NCBI GenBank assembly: GCA_964519455.1
Contig: CAZFIU010000005.1
Location: forward strand, 3,749 to 67,748
DNA: 64,000 nucleotides
DNA from: an uncultured Syntrophobacterales bacterium
GTDB taxonomy: Bacteria; Desulfobacterota; Binatia; UBA9968; JAJDTQ01
Direction of reading: 5' to 3'
Under the pieces are notes generated by a model, which saw nothing but the letters and a program-made list of their open reading frames with translations, searched no databases and had not been told where the DNA came from. Below are positions 17,437 to 25,504 of the stretch, one piece after another (the stretch's first letter is position 1; the number at the start of each line of letters is the position of its first letter). The position numbers and the translations under genes were made by a program.

Positions 17437-18252
17437 TCAACGCCCCGTCCACACCGGCGGGCGCTTCTCGACAAAGGCCCGTGGCCCCTCCTTGCTGTCC
17501 TCGGTGGTGAGCACGAAAGCGGCGAGGTCCGACTCCAGCCGCAGCGCCTGGTCCAGCGGCAGGTCGACGCCCTTGTGCACCGATTCCTTGACGTAGCGCA
17601 GGGCCAGCGGCGCGCCCTTGGCGAAGGAGGCGGCCATCTCCTCGCCCGCCTGCGTCAACCCGTCCACCGCCACCAGCTTGTTGACGAGCCCGATGCGGTA
17701 CGCTTCCGCGGCGTCGATCAGGTCGCCCGAGAGGCAGATCTCCAGCGCCTTGGCCGGGCCCACGATGCGCGCCAGCCGCTGGGTGCCGCCGGACGCCGGC
17801 ATGAAACCGCGCCGCACCTCGGTGACCCCGAGCCGCGCGTTGTCCGCGGCGATGCGGACGTCGCAGGCCATGGCGATGAGCAGGCCCGCCCCCACCGTGT
17901 AGCCGTGCAGCAGCGCGATGGCGGGCTTCTGCAACAACGCAAAGGCCTCGATGGGCGAAGGGCCGCCCGGCAACTGCCTGGCCTGACGCGCCTCCAGCGG
18001 CGACGCCTGCGCCTCGGCCGGGACGGCGTTGCGTTGCGCGCGCTCCTTCAGGTCCCCGCCCACGGTGAAGGCCTTCTCCCCCGCCCCCCGGACCAGCACC
18101 ACCTGCACGCCCCGGTCCGCCTGCGCCCGGGCGCACATCCCGACGATGCCGAGGCGCATCTCTTCGTCGATGGCGTTCAGCGCCTCCGGGCGGTTGAGGG
18201 TGATCCAGGCGGTCTGTCCCTTTACTTCGTAGAGAACCTTGTCGTCGCTCAT
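17437..18252 (-). CDS. enoyl-CoA hydratase/isomerase (crotonase) family protein
   Basis: ATG 18252 lies 8 nt after GGAGG. MSDDKVLYEVKGQTAWITLNRPEALNAI and the ..GAGEKAFTVGGDLKE.. oxyanion region are present. Confidence 0.85.
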   Translation of the reverse strand: MSDDKVLYEVKGQTAWITLNRPEALNAIDEEMRLGIVGMCARAQADRGVQVVLVRGAGEKAFTVGGDLKERAQRNAVPAEAQASPLEARQARQLPGGPSPIEAFALLQKPAIALLHGYTVGAGLLIAMACDVRIAADNARLGVTEVRRGFMPASGGTQRLARIVGPAKALEICLSGDLIDAAEAYRIGLVNKLVAVDGLTQAGEEMAASFAKGAPLALRYVKESVHKGVDLPLDQALRLESDLAAFVLTTEDSKEGPRAFVEKRPPVWTGR

Positions 18253-18284
18253 TCGCGTAGCCTCCATGACGTAGCCTCGCATCC

Positions 18285-18420
18285 GTCATTCCCGCTCTCT
18301 TCCGTCATAGCCGCGGAACAGGCTGTGTCAAATGGAATCCCGCTACACCCCAATGAGTCATTCCCGCGAAAGCTTGCCCTCGACCCCGATCGGGGGCGGG
18401 AATCCAGGGGTCGGGAGGGG
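18285..18420. repeat. family-A repeat with nested AAGCTTGCCC..GGGGGC insert
   Basis: GTCATTCCCGCGAAAGCTTGCCCTCGACCCCGATCGGGGGCGGGAATCCAGG. The same insert is seen at 22592-22651. Confidence 0.8.
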
Positions 18421-18453
18421 CCAGCCCGGGGAGCGGGAGTCCACGGGCGATGC

Positions 18454-19464
18454 TCAAGCCGCCCTGTCGAGCCGGTAGACCCCTACGGCCGTGTCGTGGA
18501 ACAGCGCCTTCCGCTCCGCCTCGGAGCACCCCCGTGCCACGATCTTGAACGAGTTCCACACGGCAACATAGGAATAAGATACCCGGTCCACCGGGAAGTT
18601 GCTTTCGAACATGCAGCGGTCGGCGCCGAACTTCTCGATGCAAAACTCGAAGTACGGCCGCATGGCCTCCGCCAGTTCGGCGGAACCGGGCCGGGACTCG
18701 CGCGTGTGCCAGTCGTAGCCCGAGCGCAGTGAACCGACGCCGCCCAGCTTGAGTGTCACGTTGGCGCATTCGGACAGCGCGGCGATGTCGGTGCTCCAGG
18801 CCCGGAACACCTCGTCGCGCCGTCCCTCGTAGGGGCCGAGGCCCAGCGGTCCGCCGATGTGGTCGAGGATGATGGGCAGGTCCGGGAAGTCCCGCGCCAA
18901 CTCCACCAGCTCCGGGAGCTGCGGGTGGTAGAGCCAGGCGTCGAAGCTCAGCCCGTAGCGCCGCAGGCACCCCACGCCCCTGCGCACCGCGGCGTCCCGC
19001 AGCAAGCCGGGCCGCTCCACGCTCCGGAACGCGTCCGAGGCGTCCCACATGGTGGAATAGCGGATGCCGCGCAGCCGGGTGGGGCCGGCCTCCAGGTGGG
19101 CTTCGAGGACCGCGGCCACGCCGTCGCCCAGGGCCAGGTCGGCATAGGCCACGATGGCCGCCGCCACCACGGCGGGGTTGTCCGCGCGCGCGTTCCCGGC
19201 CGCGATGCCCTCCAGGAACTCCGTCTCCCCCACCGGCCGCAACTCCGGCGGCCCGGTCTCCCGGTACATGGCGCCGCACTCCACGGCCACGCTGGAGACG
19301 ACGCGATGGCCGCCGGTGGCGTCGCGCAGGAAGTCGTTCAGCAGATAGGGGTTGGCCGGACGCCGCCACAGGTGATGGTGCGGGTCGCAGATGGGGAGGT
19401 CGGGCCGCAGGGGTGTTTCGTCGGTTAGGTCGGTTGTCGGATGGGTCACGTTCGTAGCCCTCAA
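18454..19464 (-). CDS. amidohydrolase_2 family protein
   Basis: The protein is 336 aa. ICDPHHHLW carries the N-terminal HxH metal motif. The start codon is uncertain: TTG 19464 or GTG 19449. Confidence 0.75.
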   Translation of the reverse strand: MRATNVTHPTTDLTDETPLRPDLPICDPHHHLWRRPANPYLLNDFLRDATGGHRVVSSVAVECGAMYRETGPPELRPVGETEFLEGIAAGNARADNPAVVAAAIVAYADLALGDGVAAVLEAHLEAGPTRLRGIRYSTMWDASDAFRSVERPGLLRDAAVRRGVGCLRRYGLSFDAWLYHPQLPELVELARDFPDLPIILDHIGGPLGLGPYEGRRDEVFRAWSTDIAALSECANVTLKLGGVGSLRSGYDWHTRESRPGSAELAEAMRPYFEFCIEKFGADRCMFESNFPVDRVSYSYVAVWNSFKIVARGCSEAERKALFHDTAVGVYRLDRAA

Positions 19465-19625
19465 CTCACCGTCATCCTGAGACTTGCTCTTGGCTTGGTG
19501 TTGTCCTCCGGTTCATTGCCACGCCCTTACATGCTCACCTTGATCGGGTGCGGCCCTGGAGTGCGTGGAGCTGTTGCTCCCTTGATGGCGAAGCGCAACA
19601 AGTCAACAGCCGGTCCAGGATTGTG

Positions 19626-20408
19626 TCATGCCGACATGTTCTCATTCAGGAAGCGTGTGATTCGCTCGCGGTTCGCCGTAAGGCTGGAAAACTGCTTTTC
19701 GCATACGTCACTGAAGCGTGCCAGCACTTTACGATTGATGGACTCCTGATCTTCAAAGATGGCCAGGGACCGGAACGGGAGTCCCCACTTCTCGAACTGG
19801 AGCAAAGCGATCGTGGCATCACGTGTCCTGCCGTCACTGGTGAGCCCGTGAACAAAAAATGGCCTGGAAGTCCCATTGATACGGCAATCTACCGGGTACA
19901 TTCCACTGGGATCGTGCTCGGGATCGCTCCAATCGAAGGTCCGGCGCTCCTCGGGGGCCGCCTCGCTCAGCAAATGGCGAAAATCGTCCATGAAGGTGGA
20001 CCGAGCGCGCTCTCGCGACAGAAAGGAGACGTCGGTGATCTTGAGCAGTCCCTGAACAAAAGAATACAGTGCGTCCCCGTAACGTTCCTCGGGGACTTCG
20101 AGTACTAGCTCGCCGTCGTGATCCTCAATTCCAAAAGTAGACAGGGAGTTGGAGATGATTGTCTGACGGGTTCCTCGATGCAGATCTTTCTCGTCGATGT
20201 CGTAGGTCAGGTGCATATAAGTGTGCGCCTCGTCGGAGAGCACCCACCGCGTACCCTCTTTCTTCAGGACGATGGCCAAGTGATCCCCGTCTTCGAACAA
20301 GAATGGCGTGAATACTCGGAAACGGTTGATGCCTTCCGCCGACAGCCGGATCTTCTGCGACACTTTCTGGTGGAAATCCTGTTCTATGGTTTCAATTGGC
20401 ATCGCCAT
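19626..20408 (-). CDS. hypothetical protein, possibly DUF1828/DUF1829-type
   Basis: The protein is 260 aa and the region is visibly lower in GC than its flanks. [35 protein letters not shown] resembles what I recall of DUF1828, but this memory is unverified. Confidence 0.6.
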   Translation of the reverse strand: MAMPIETIEQDFHQKVSQKIRLSAEGINRFRVFTPFLFEDGDHLAIVLKKEGTRWVLSDEAHTYMHLTYDIDEKDLHRGTRQTIISNSLSTFGIEDHDGELVLEVPEERYGDALYSFVQGLLKITDVSFLSRERARSTFMDDFRHLLSEAAPEERRTFDWSDPEHDPSGMYPVDCRINGTSRPFFVHGLTSDGRTRDATIALLQFEKWGLPFRSLAIFEDQESINRKVLARFSDVCEKQFSSLTANRERITRFLNENMSA

Positions 20409-20883
20409 CCTCCTCGAAGAGGTCGCCTTGTCGTTCGACCGGCACGTCGAAGATCGCGTCCGCTAGTAGGCAGCGAAGGGCGTCGTAGAGGGTGCCGTAA
20501 CGATCCGTCGGCTCGGCGTAGGCGTCCTCCCGCGTGCCGATCTCCTGATACCGCTCTGTCGCATGGTGAATGTGAAAGTCGTAGAATGACTCACCTTCGA
20601 TGTGGTTGGTGTGTTCGTGACTCCTGCCGTTGTAACGGCAGAGCCGAAATACCTGATTCGAGCGCGGGACGAGTACGGCAAGAATGACGGAGAAGTCCAG
20701 GGCGTTGATGCTGCTTTCCCTGAGAATGACGCGGAATTCGCTTCCGGCGTCGCCGGTGACATCTAGATGCTGCTCTAGGTGACCGCGCTTGGACACCATC
20801 CGCGTACGTCGTCGCCAGTCTGCCGGCAAGGGCTTGCGTTCTCGTAGAAGCGACTCGATCTCTTGATCGGTGTATGTCACCAC
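20392..20883 (-). CDS. hypothetical protein with His-rich motif
   Basis: The protein is 163 aa with a GTG start. It overlaps the downstream gene by 17 nt. It carries the motif [32 protein letters not shown] recognised no family. Confidence 0.6.
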   Translation of the reverse strand: MVTYTDQEIESLLRERKPLPADWRRRTRMVSKRGHLEQHLDVTGDAGSEFRVILRESSINALDFSVILAVLVPRSNQVFRLCRYNGRSHEHTNHIEGESFYDFHIHHATERYQEIGTREDAYAEPTDRYGTLYDALRCLLADAIFDVPVERQGDLFEEDGDAN

Positions 20884-21262
20884 TATCGTTTACTCCGATG
20901 TGTCGGGCGAGTCACCGCCTTGCCGGATCCGCGCGATAGAGAATCCCGTAGATTGTACCTCATGCTCCTTTGAAACGAAATTTCCTTAGGTGTACCGACG
21001 GCCGCGCAGGTTTCTCATACGACGGTCTGTCCTTTAAGTCGATGTGGGAGTTGACCGGACGCGAGTGGGGGTCCGGCGCGTGCGGCCTCTCACAGGCCCT
21101 TCAACCCGGACGCCGGGTTTTCTGATAGCAGTCGGGCGACACTTCCCGGCTTTGATCGATCTTAGGAGACGCCATCGTTTCCGATGCTCGCACTGCGCCG
21201 CCGGGTTTGGTAGACAGGGATTGCCGCGAATCCGATACCCGTCCACACGCCGAGGAGGTCAC

Positions 21263-22516
21263 GTGGATTTCGAGCTGGCCCACTACCCTGTCCGGTCCCT
21301 TTCCTGGGGCGCCCACACCGAGTATCGGGAAGGCGAACTCGTTGTCAACCAGGAGGCGTTGCGCGCCGAGGTGCTCACGGAGCCGCTCATCGCCGACGTG
21401 GAGTTGAGCATCGTGCGGCCGGGGGAGCGCGCGAGGGTGCTGCACGTGGCGGACATCGTCGAGCCGCGCTGGAAGGAGGGCGCCTTCGGCGGGGCGTTCC
21501 CCGGGAGCCTCGGGGCGCTGTCCCAGTGCGGTGCGGGTCGCACCCATGCGCTGGACGGCGTGGCGGTGGTGACGTCCGGGTCGCTGCCGCGGTCGGAGGA
21601 GGCCGTCATCGACATGTGCGGCCCGGGCAGCGAGCTGAGCCGCTTCGGGCGCATGCCGGGGCTGGTGGTGGTGCCCAGGGCGCGGGAAGATGCCGATCCG
21701 GGCCAGTTCGGCCTGGCGCTCATGCGCGCGGGGCTGCGCGCGGCGGTGTTCCTGGCGGAGACCACGAAGCGCGCGGCGCCGGCGCGCACGGAAGCGTTCT
21801 CGCTCGACTGGCGCCGGCCTGCTTCGGGTCTGCCGCGCATCGGTTATCTCAGCTTCGCCTACTCCCACGGCATCGGCCGCCAGAAGCTCTTCTACGGCAC
21901 CAGCACCAAGGACATCGTACCGAGCATCGTCCACCCCAACGAGATCCTGGACGGCGCGCTGGTGAACGACGGCTATACCAAGCCCACCAAGAACGCCACC
22001 CACGACATCCTGAACCATCCCCTGATCCGGGACCTGTACCGGCGGCACAACGACACCCTGGTGTTCGCCGGCATGGTGCTGGCGAACCACTACGCCACCT
22101 ATGACGAGAAGGCGGCCGCGGCCTTTCACGCGGCGCGGCTGCTCAGGCACGTGGTGGAGGCGGACGGCGTGGTCATCACCAAGGACGGCGGCGGGCAGGC
22201 GGACGTGGACCTGATGCTGGCCTGCCGGGCGTGCGAGGAGGCGGGGCTGCGCACGGTGCTGGTGGCCAAGGAGGAGTCCGGCGGCGACGGCCCGGCGCTG
22301 GTGGACGTGGCGCCCCAGGCGGACGCCATGGTGAGCGTGGGCAACTGTCCCGAGAAGGTGCGGCTGGAGGGACCCATGGGGCGGGTCCTCGGCGGCGACG
22401 CGTTCCTCGGGGCAATCCAGGGCGACGTGGCCGGGACGGTGGAGATTCCGGTGCAGAACATCATCGGCGCCATCGACCCCATCGGCGGCTCGACGCTGAC
22501 GGCCCGACCGGGATAA
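21263..22516 (+). CDS. grdE: glycine/sarcosine/betaine reductase component B alpha/beta proprotein-like (GrdE-like)
   Basis: GTG 21263 lies 4-5 nt after GAGGAGG. MDFELAHYPVRSL... and IVHPNEILDGALV...NHPLIRDLYRRH resemble the GrdE/GrdG/GrdI family. The gene sits immediately upstream of the GrdB-like gene. Confidence 0.7.
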   Translation: MDFELAHYPVRSLSWGAHTEYREGELVVNQEALRAEVLTEPLIADVELSIVRPGERARVLHVADIVEPRWKEGAFGGAFPGSLGALSQCGAGRTHALDGVAVVTSGSLPRSEEAVIDMCGPGSELSRFGRMPGLVVVPRAREDADPGQFGLALMRAGLRAAVFLAETTKRAAPARTEAFSLDWRRPASGLPRIGYLSFAYSHGIGRQKLFYGTSTKDIVPSIVHPNEILDGALVNDGYTKPTKNATHDILNHPLIRDLYRRHNDTLVFAGMVLANHYATYDEKAAAAFHAARLLRHVVEADGVVITKDGGGQADVDLMLACRACEEAGLRTVLVAKEESGGDGPALVDVAPQADAMVSVGNCPEKVRLEGPMGRVLGGDAFLGAIQGDVAGTVEIPVQNIIGAIDPIGGSTLTARPG

Positions 22517-22570
22517 ACGGGCTTACCATGGAGGCAACACAGGATTGTCGGACACCGCCGTACACGAAAC

Positions 22571-22771
22571 GTCATTCCCGCCCCACAATACGTCATTCCC
22601 GCGAAAGCTTGCCCCCGACCCCGATCGGGGGCAAGCTTTCGCGGGAATGACGTATTCGTAACGTTTTCGCCTGGAGTGTTTTGACACAACCTGTTTCGCG
22701 GGAATGACGTTTCAAGGGGTTGTTGCCTCTCTTGAATCGAGTTTTGGTACAGCCTGTCCTGCCGGAATGAC
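22571..22771. repeat. family-A repeat cluster including a 60-nt perfect hairpin (22592-22651)
   Basis: GTCATTCCCGCGAAAGCTTGCCCCCGA-ccccga-TCGGGGGCAAGCTTTCGCGGGAATGAC has a 27-bp perfect stem. It is followed by two ..CCTGT(T/C)..GGAATGAC tail units. Confidence 0.9.
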
Positions 22772-22834
22772 GATTTTGGACGTGGGCGGGCCGGTTGGGT
22801 GACAGGGAGGCAACCGAGGCTCAGGGAGGACCCC

Positions 22835-24124
22835 ATGAAGCGCATCGTCCACTACGTGAACCAGTTCTTCGCCGGCCTCGGCGGCGAGGAGAGCGCGGGT
22901 ACGCCGCCGGGCGCCCTGGACGGCGCGGTCGGGCCAGGGAGGCTGCTGCAATCGCTCCTGGGCGAAGGCGCCGCCATCGTCACCACCGTTTACTGCGGCG
23001 ACGACCACTTCTCGGAGAACGAGGAGGAGGCCACGGCGCGGCTGCTTGAACTGGTGAAGCAGGCGGAGCCGGATCTGCTGTTCGCCGGGCCGGCCTTCGG
23101 CTCGGGGCGCTACGGTCTGGCGTGCGCGGGGGTGTGCCGGGCGGTGGGCGCCGAGTCGGGCATCCCGGTGCTGACCGCCATGGCGCCGTCCAACCCCGGT
23201 GCCGATGCGATCCGGCGCGACATCCCGGTGGTGGAAACCGGGGAGTTCTCCGGCGACATGCGCGCCGCCATCGGGGCCTCGGCCCCGCTGATCGTGAAGC
23301 TTCTCACCGGCGAAATCGTCGCTCCGGGCGGCGAGGAGGGGCTGCTGCCGCGCGGTGGGCGCTGGAACACGCGGGCGGCCCGGCCGGCGGCCGAGCGTGC
23401 CGTGGACCTGCTGCTGGCGAAGCTCGCGGGTGGGCCGATGGAGACGGAGATCCCGCTGCCGCCCTTTCAGGAGGTGGCGGCGGCGCCGGGGATCGGCGAT
23501 CTCGGGCACGCGAAGATCGCGCTGGTCACCACCGGCGGCCTGGTGCCGCGGGGCAATCCCGACGGCATCAAGTCGTACCTGTCCACCCACTTCGGCGCCT
23601 ACCACGTGAAGGAACACGAGCGGCTCACGGGGGATGAGTTCGAGTCGGTGCACGGCGGCTTCTTCACCGCCATGGTGAACGAGGACCCCAACCGGCTGAT
23701 CCCCCTGGACGTGCTGCGCGACGCGGTGCGCGAGGGCTCCCTGGGCGGGCTGCACGAATATTTCTACTCCACCACGGGCAACGGTACGCCGGTGGAGACC
23801 GCCGCCGACATGGCGCGGGACATCGCGGCGTCGCTGGAGGAGGACAAGGTCGACGGCGTCATACTCACTTCCGCCTGAGGGACCTGCACTCGCTGCGGCG
23901 CGGCGATGGCAAAGGAACTGGAAAGAGCCGGCATCCCCACGGTGCACGTGACCAATCTCGTGTCGGTGTCGGAGAACACGGGCGCCAAGCGGATCATGTC
24001 GGGGCGGGCGATCCCCCACGTCTTCGGGGACCCGTCCCTCGACGCGGACGAGGAGCGCCGGCTACGGCGGCGGCTTGTGGAGCAGGCGCTGGACATGCTC
24101 CGGGAGCAGGAGAGTGGGTCGTGA
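22835..24124 (+). CDS. grdB: glycine/sarcosine/betaine reductase selenoprotein B-like (GrdB-like), with in-frame TGA at 23876-23878 read as selenocysteine
   Basis: ATG 22835 follows AGGGAGGA and gives MKRIVHYVNQFFAGLGGEE. ORFs 22799..23878 and 23906..24124 are in the same frame, separated only by the TGA. The context is VILTSA-TGA-GTCTRCGAAMAKELERAGIPTVHV, which matches the GrdB U-x2-C-x2-C motif. Confidence 0.8.
23885..23911 (+). promoter_or_regulatory. candidate bacterial SECIS hairpin, starting 7 nt after the UGA
   Basis: I folded UGCACUCGCUGC-GGC-GCGGCGAUGGCA by hand. It forms about 12 bp with two single-nucleotide bulges and a G-rich apical loop. Confidence 0.45.
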
Positions 24125-24159
24125 AGGTTTGGCCCCTCTCCACCCCTGGACGTGTTCGT

Positions 24160-24209
24160 GATGTTCGTGCCTCACGAGTTTCGACACGGCCTGTTTCAGC
24201 GGGAATGAC
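24160..24209. repeat. family-A tail-unit fragment
   Basis: ..CACGAGTTTCGACACGGCCTGTTTCAGCGGGAATGAC resembles the GTTTTGCCACAGCCTGTTTCGCGGGAATGAC units. Confidence 0.6.
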
Positions 24210-24301
24210 CGTAAGAGCGGCGCGGCAGCGGGGCAATCTATCCTTGACATGCGCGCCGTAAAGTCGGTTAATCGCACGATCAAACCCGAAGGAGGCAATG
24301 C

Positions 24302-25345
24302 ATGTTTAGGCGAATACTCTTTCTGATGGCAGGGTTGATGCTGCTGACGAGCCCTGCGTGGGGCGACGCGGTGGCGGATTTCTACAAGGGCAAGCAGCTC
24401 CGTATTGTCGTGGGTTATGGTCCGGGCGGCACCACCGACCTCACCACCCGGCTCGTCGCCCCGGTGCTGCACAAGTACATTCCCGGCAGTCCCCGGATCG
24501 TGGTCCAGAACAAGGCGGGCGGCGGCAGCGCGCTGGCGGCCAACACGGTGTTCAACAACGAGCGCCGGGACGGCACGGTAATGGCGGCCATCAGCAGCAG
24601 CCTCGTGATGAAGCAGGCTCGCGGCGTGGCGGGGATCAAGTTCGACGGCAGGAAGTTCAACTGGGTCGCGAGCGCGTTCCGGGCCAACTCCGCCTGCGCG
24701 GTGCGGCTGGATTCGGGCGTCAAGACTTTCGCCGAGGCGGTGAAGACCAAGAAACAGCTCATCGTGTCGAGCTTCGACAAGGGCGGCCTGTCCCACCTGG
24801 AGCCGATCTTTTTCAACGCGATCTTCGGCAGCAACTTCAAGGCCGTCACGGGATTCCCCAGCGGCGGCGCGCAGCGTCTGGCGGTGAAGAACGGCGAGGT
24901 CAACGGCTTCTGCACGACGTTCCAGACCATGGCCAGCACGGAGATCGCCATGTTCGAGGGCGAGGGCAGGTGCTGCCGGGTGCTGATCATCGCCGGCGAG
25001 GGGGAGGACCACCCGCTGCTGAAGGGCGTGCCCGCGGCCGAGGTGCTCGCCAAGGAGCAGGGCAAGAGCAAGGATGAGATCGCCATGCTGAAGGCGATGA
25101 ACGCCGCCAACCAGATCAGCATCGTCCACACGCTGCCGCCGGGAGTGCCGAAAGACCGTGTCGAGGCCCTGCGCGACGCCTTTGCCAAGGCGTACAACGA
25201 CCCGCAGGTCCAGGCGCTGGCCAAGAAGCAGAACCGCAATCTGCAGCCCAGGCGGGGCGACGGCGTGGCCAAGATCGTCGAGGATCTGCTCAACACTCCC
25301 GAGCCCCTCATGGACAGGATCAAGGCCCTCATCGACAAGGGCTAA
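24302..25345 (+). CDS. tctC: tripartite tricarboxylate transporter substrate-binding protein (Bug/TctC family)
   Basis: It has a signal peptide MFRRILFLMAGLMLLTSPAWG. VVGYGPGGTTDLTTRLVAPVL...VVQNKAGGGSALAAN is the family-typical N-terminal motif. Confidence 0.8.
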   Translation: MFRRILFLMAGLMLLTSPAWGDAVADFYKGKQLRIVVGYGPGGTTDLTTRLVAPVLHKYIPGSPRIVVQNKAGGGSALAANTVFNNERRDGTVMAAISSSLVMKQARGVAGIKFDGRKFNWVASAFRANSACAVRLDSGVKTFAEAVKTKKQLIVSSFDKGGLSHLEPIFFNAIFGSNFKAVTGFPSGGAQRLAVKNGEVNGFCTTFQTMASTEIAMFEGEGRCCRVLIIAGEGEDHPLLKGVPAAEVLAKEQGKSKDEIAMLKAMNAANQISIVHTLPPGVPKDRVEALRDAFAKAYNDPQVQALAKKQNRNLQPRRGDGVAKIVEDLLNTPEPLMDRIKALIDKG

Positions 25346-25504
25346 GGGCCGGCGGCGTGCCGTCGAATCAACCGTGGGCGATACCGGGATCCGGTCCGCG
25401 TCCGCCGCTGGCGGTCGTGGGCCGGGCTCCGGTCGCCCTGCTCCACTAGAACGCGAACTCTGACCTGAAGACGGCGAACCAACCGTTCCCGTCGCCATAA
25501 CGCC

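Noticed and set aside
16316-18289. A 657-aa minus-strand ORF.
   Set aside because: It is an artefactual extension. The real gene is the C-terminal 343 codons (ATG 17347). The upstream part overlaps the crotonase gene in another frame.
21044-21262. A glycine riboswitch, or an N-terminal extension of the grdE-like ORF (the track start is 21044).
   Set aside because: I found no convincing match to the glycine aptamer core. The extension is Arg/Pro-rich junk, and a strong SD precedes GTG 21263, where family-like sequence begins.
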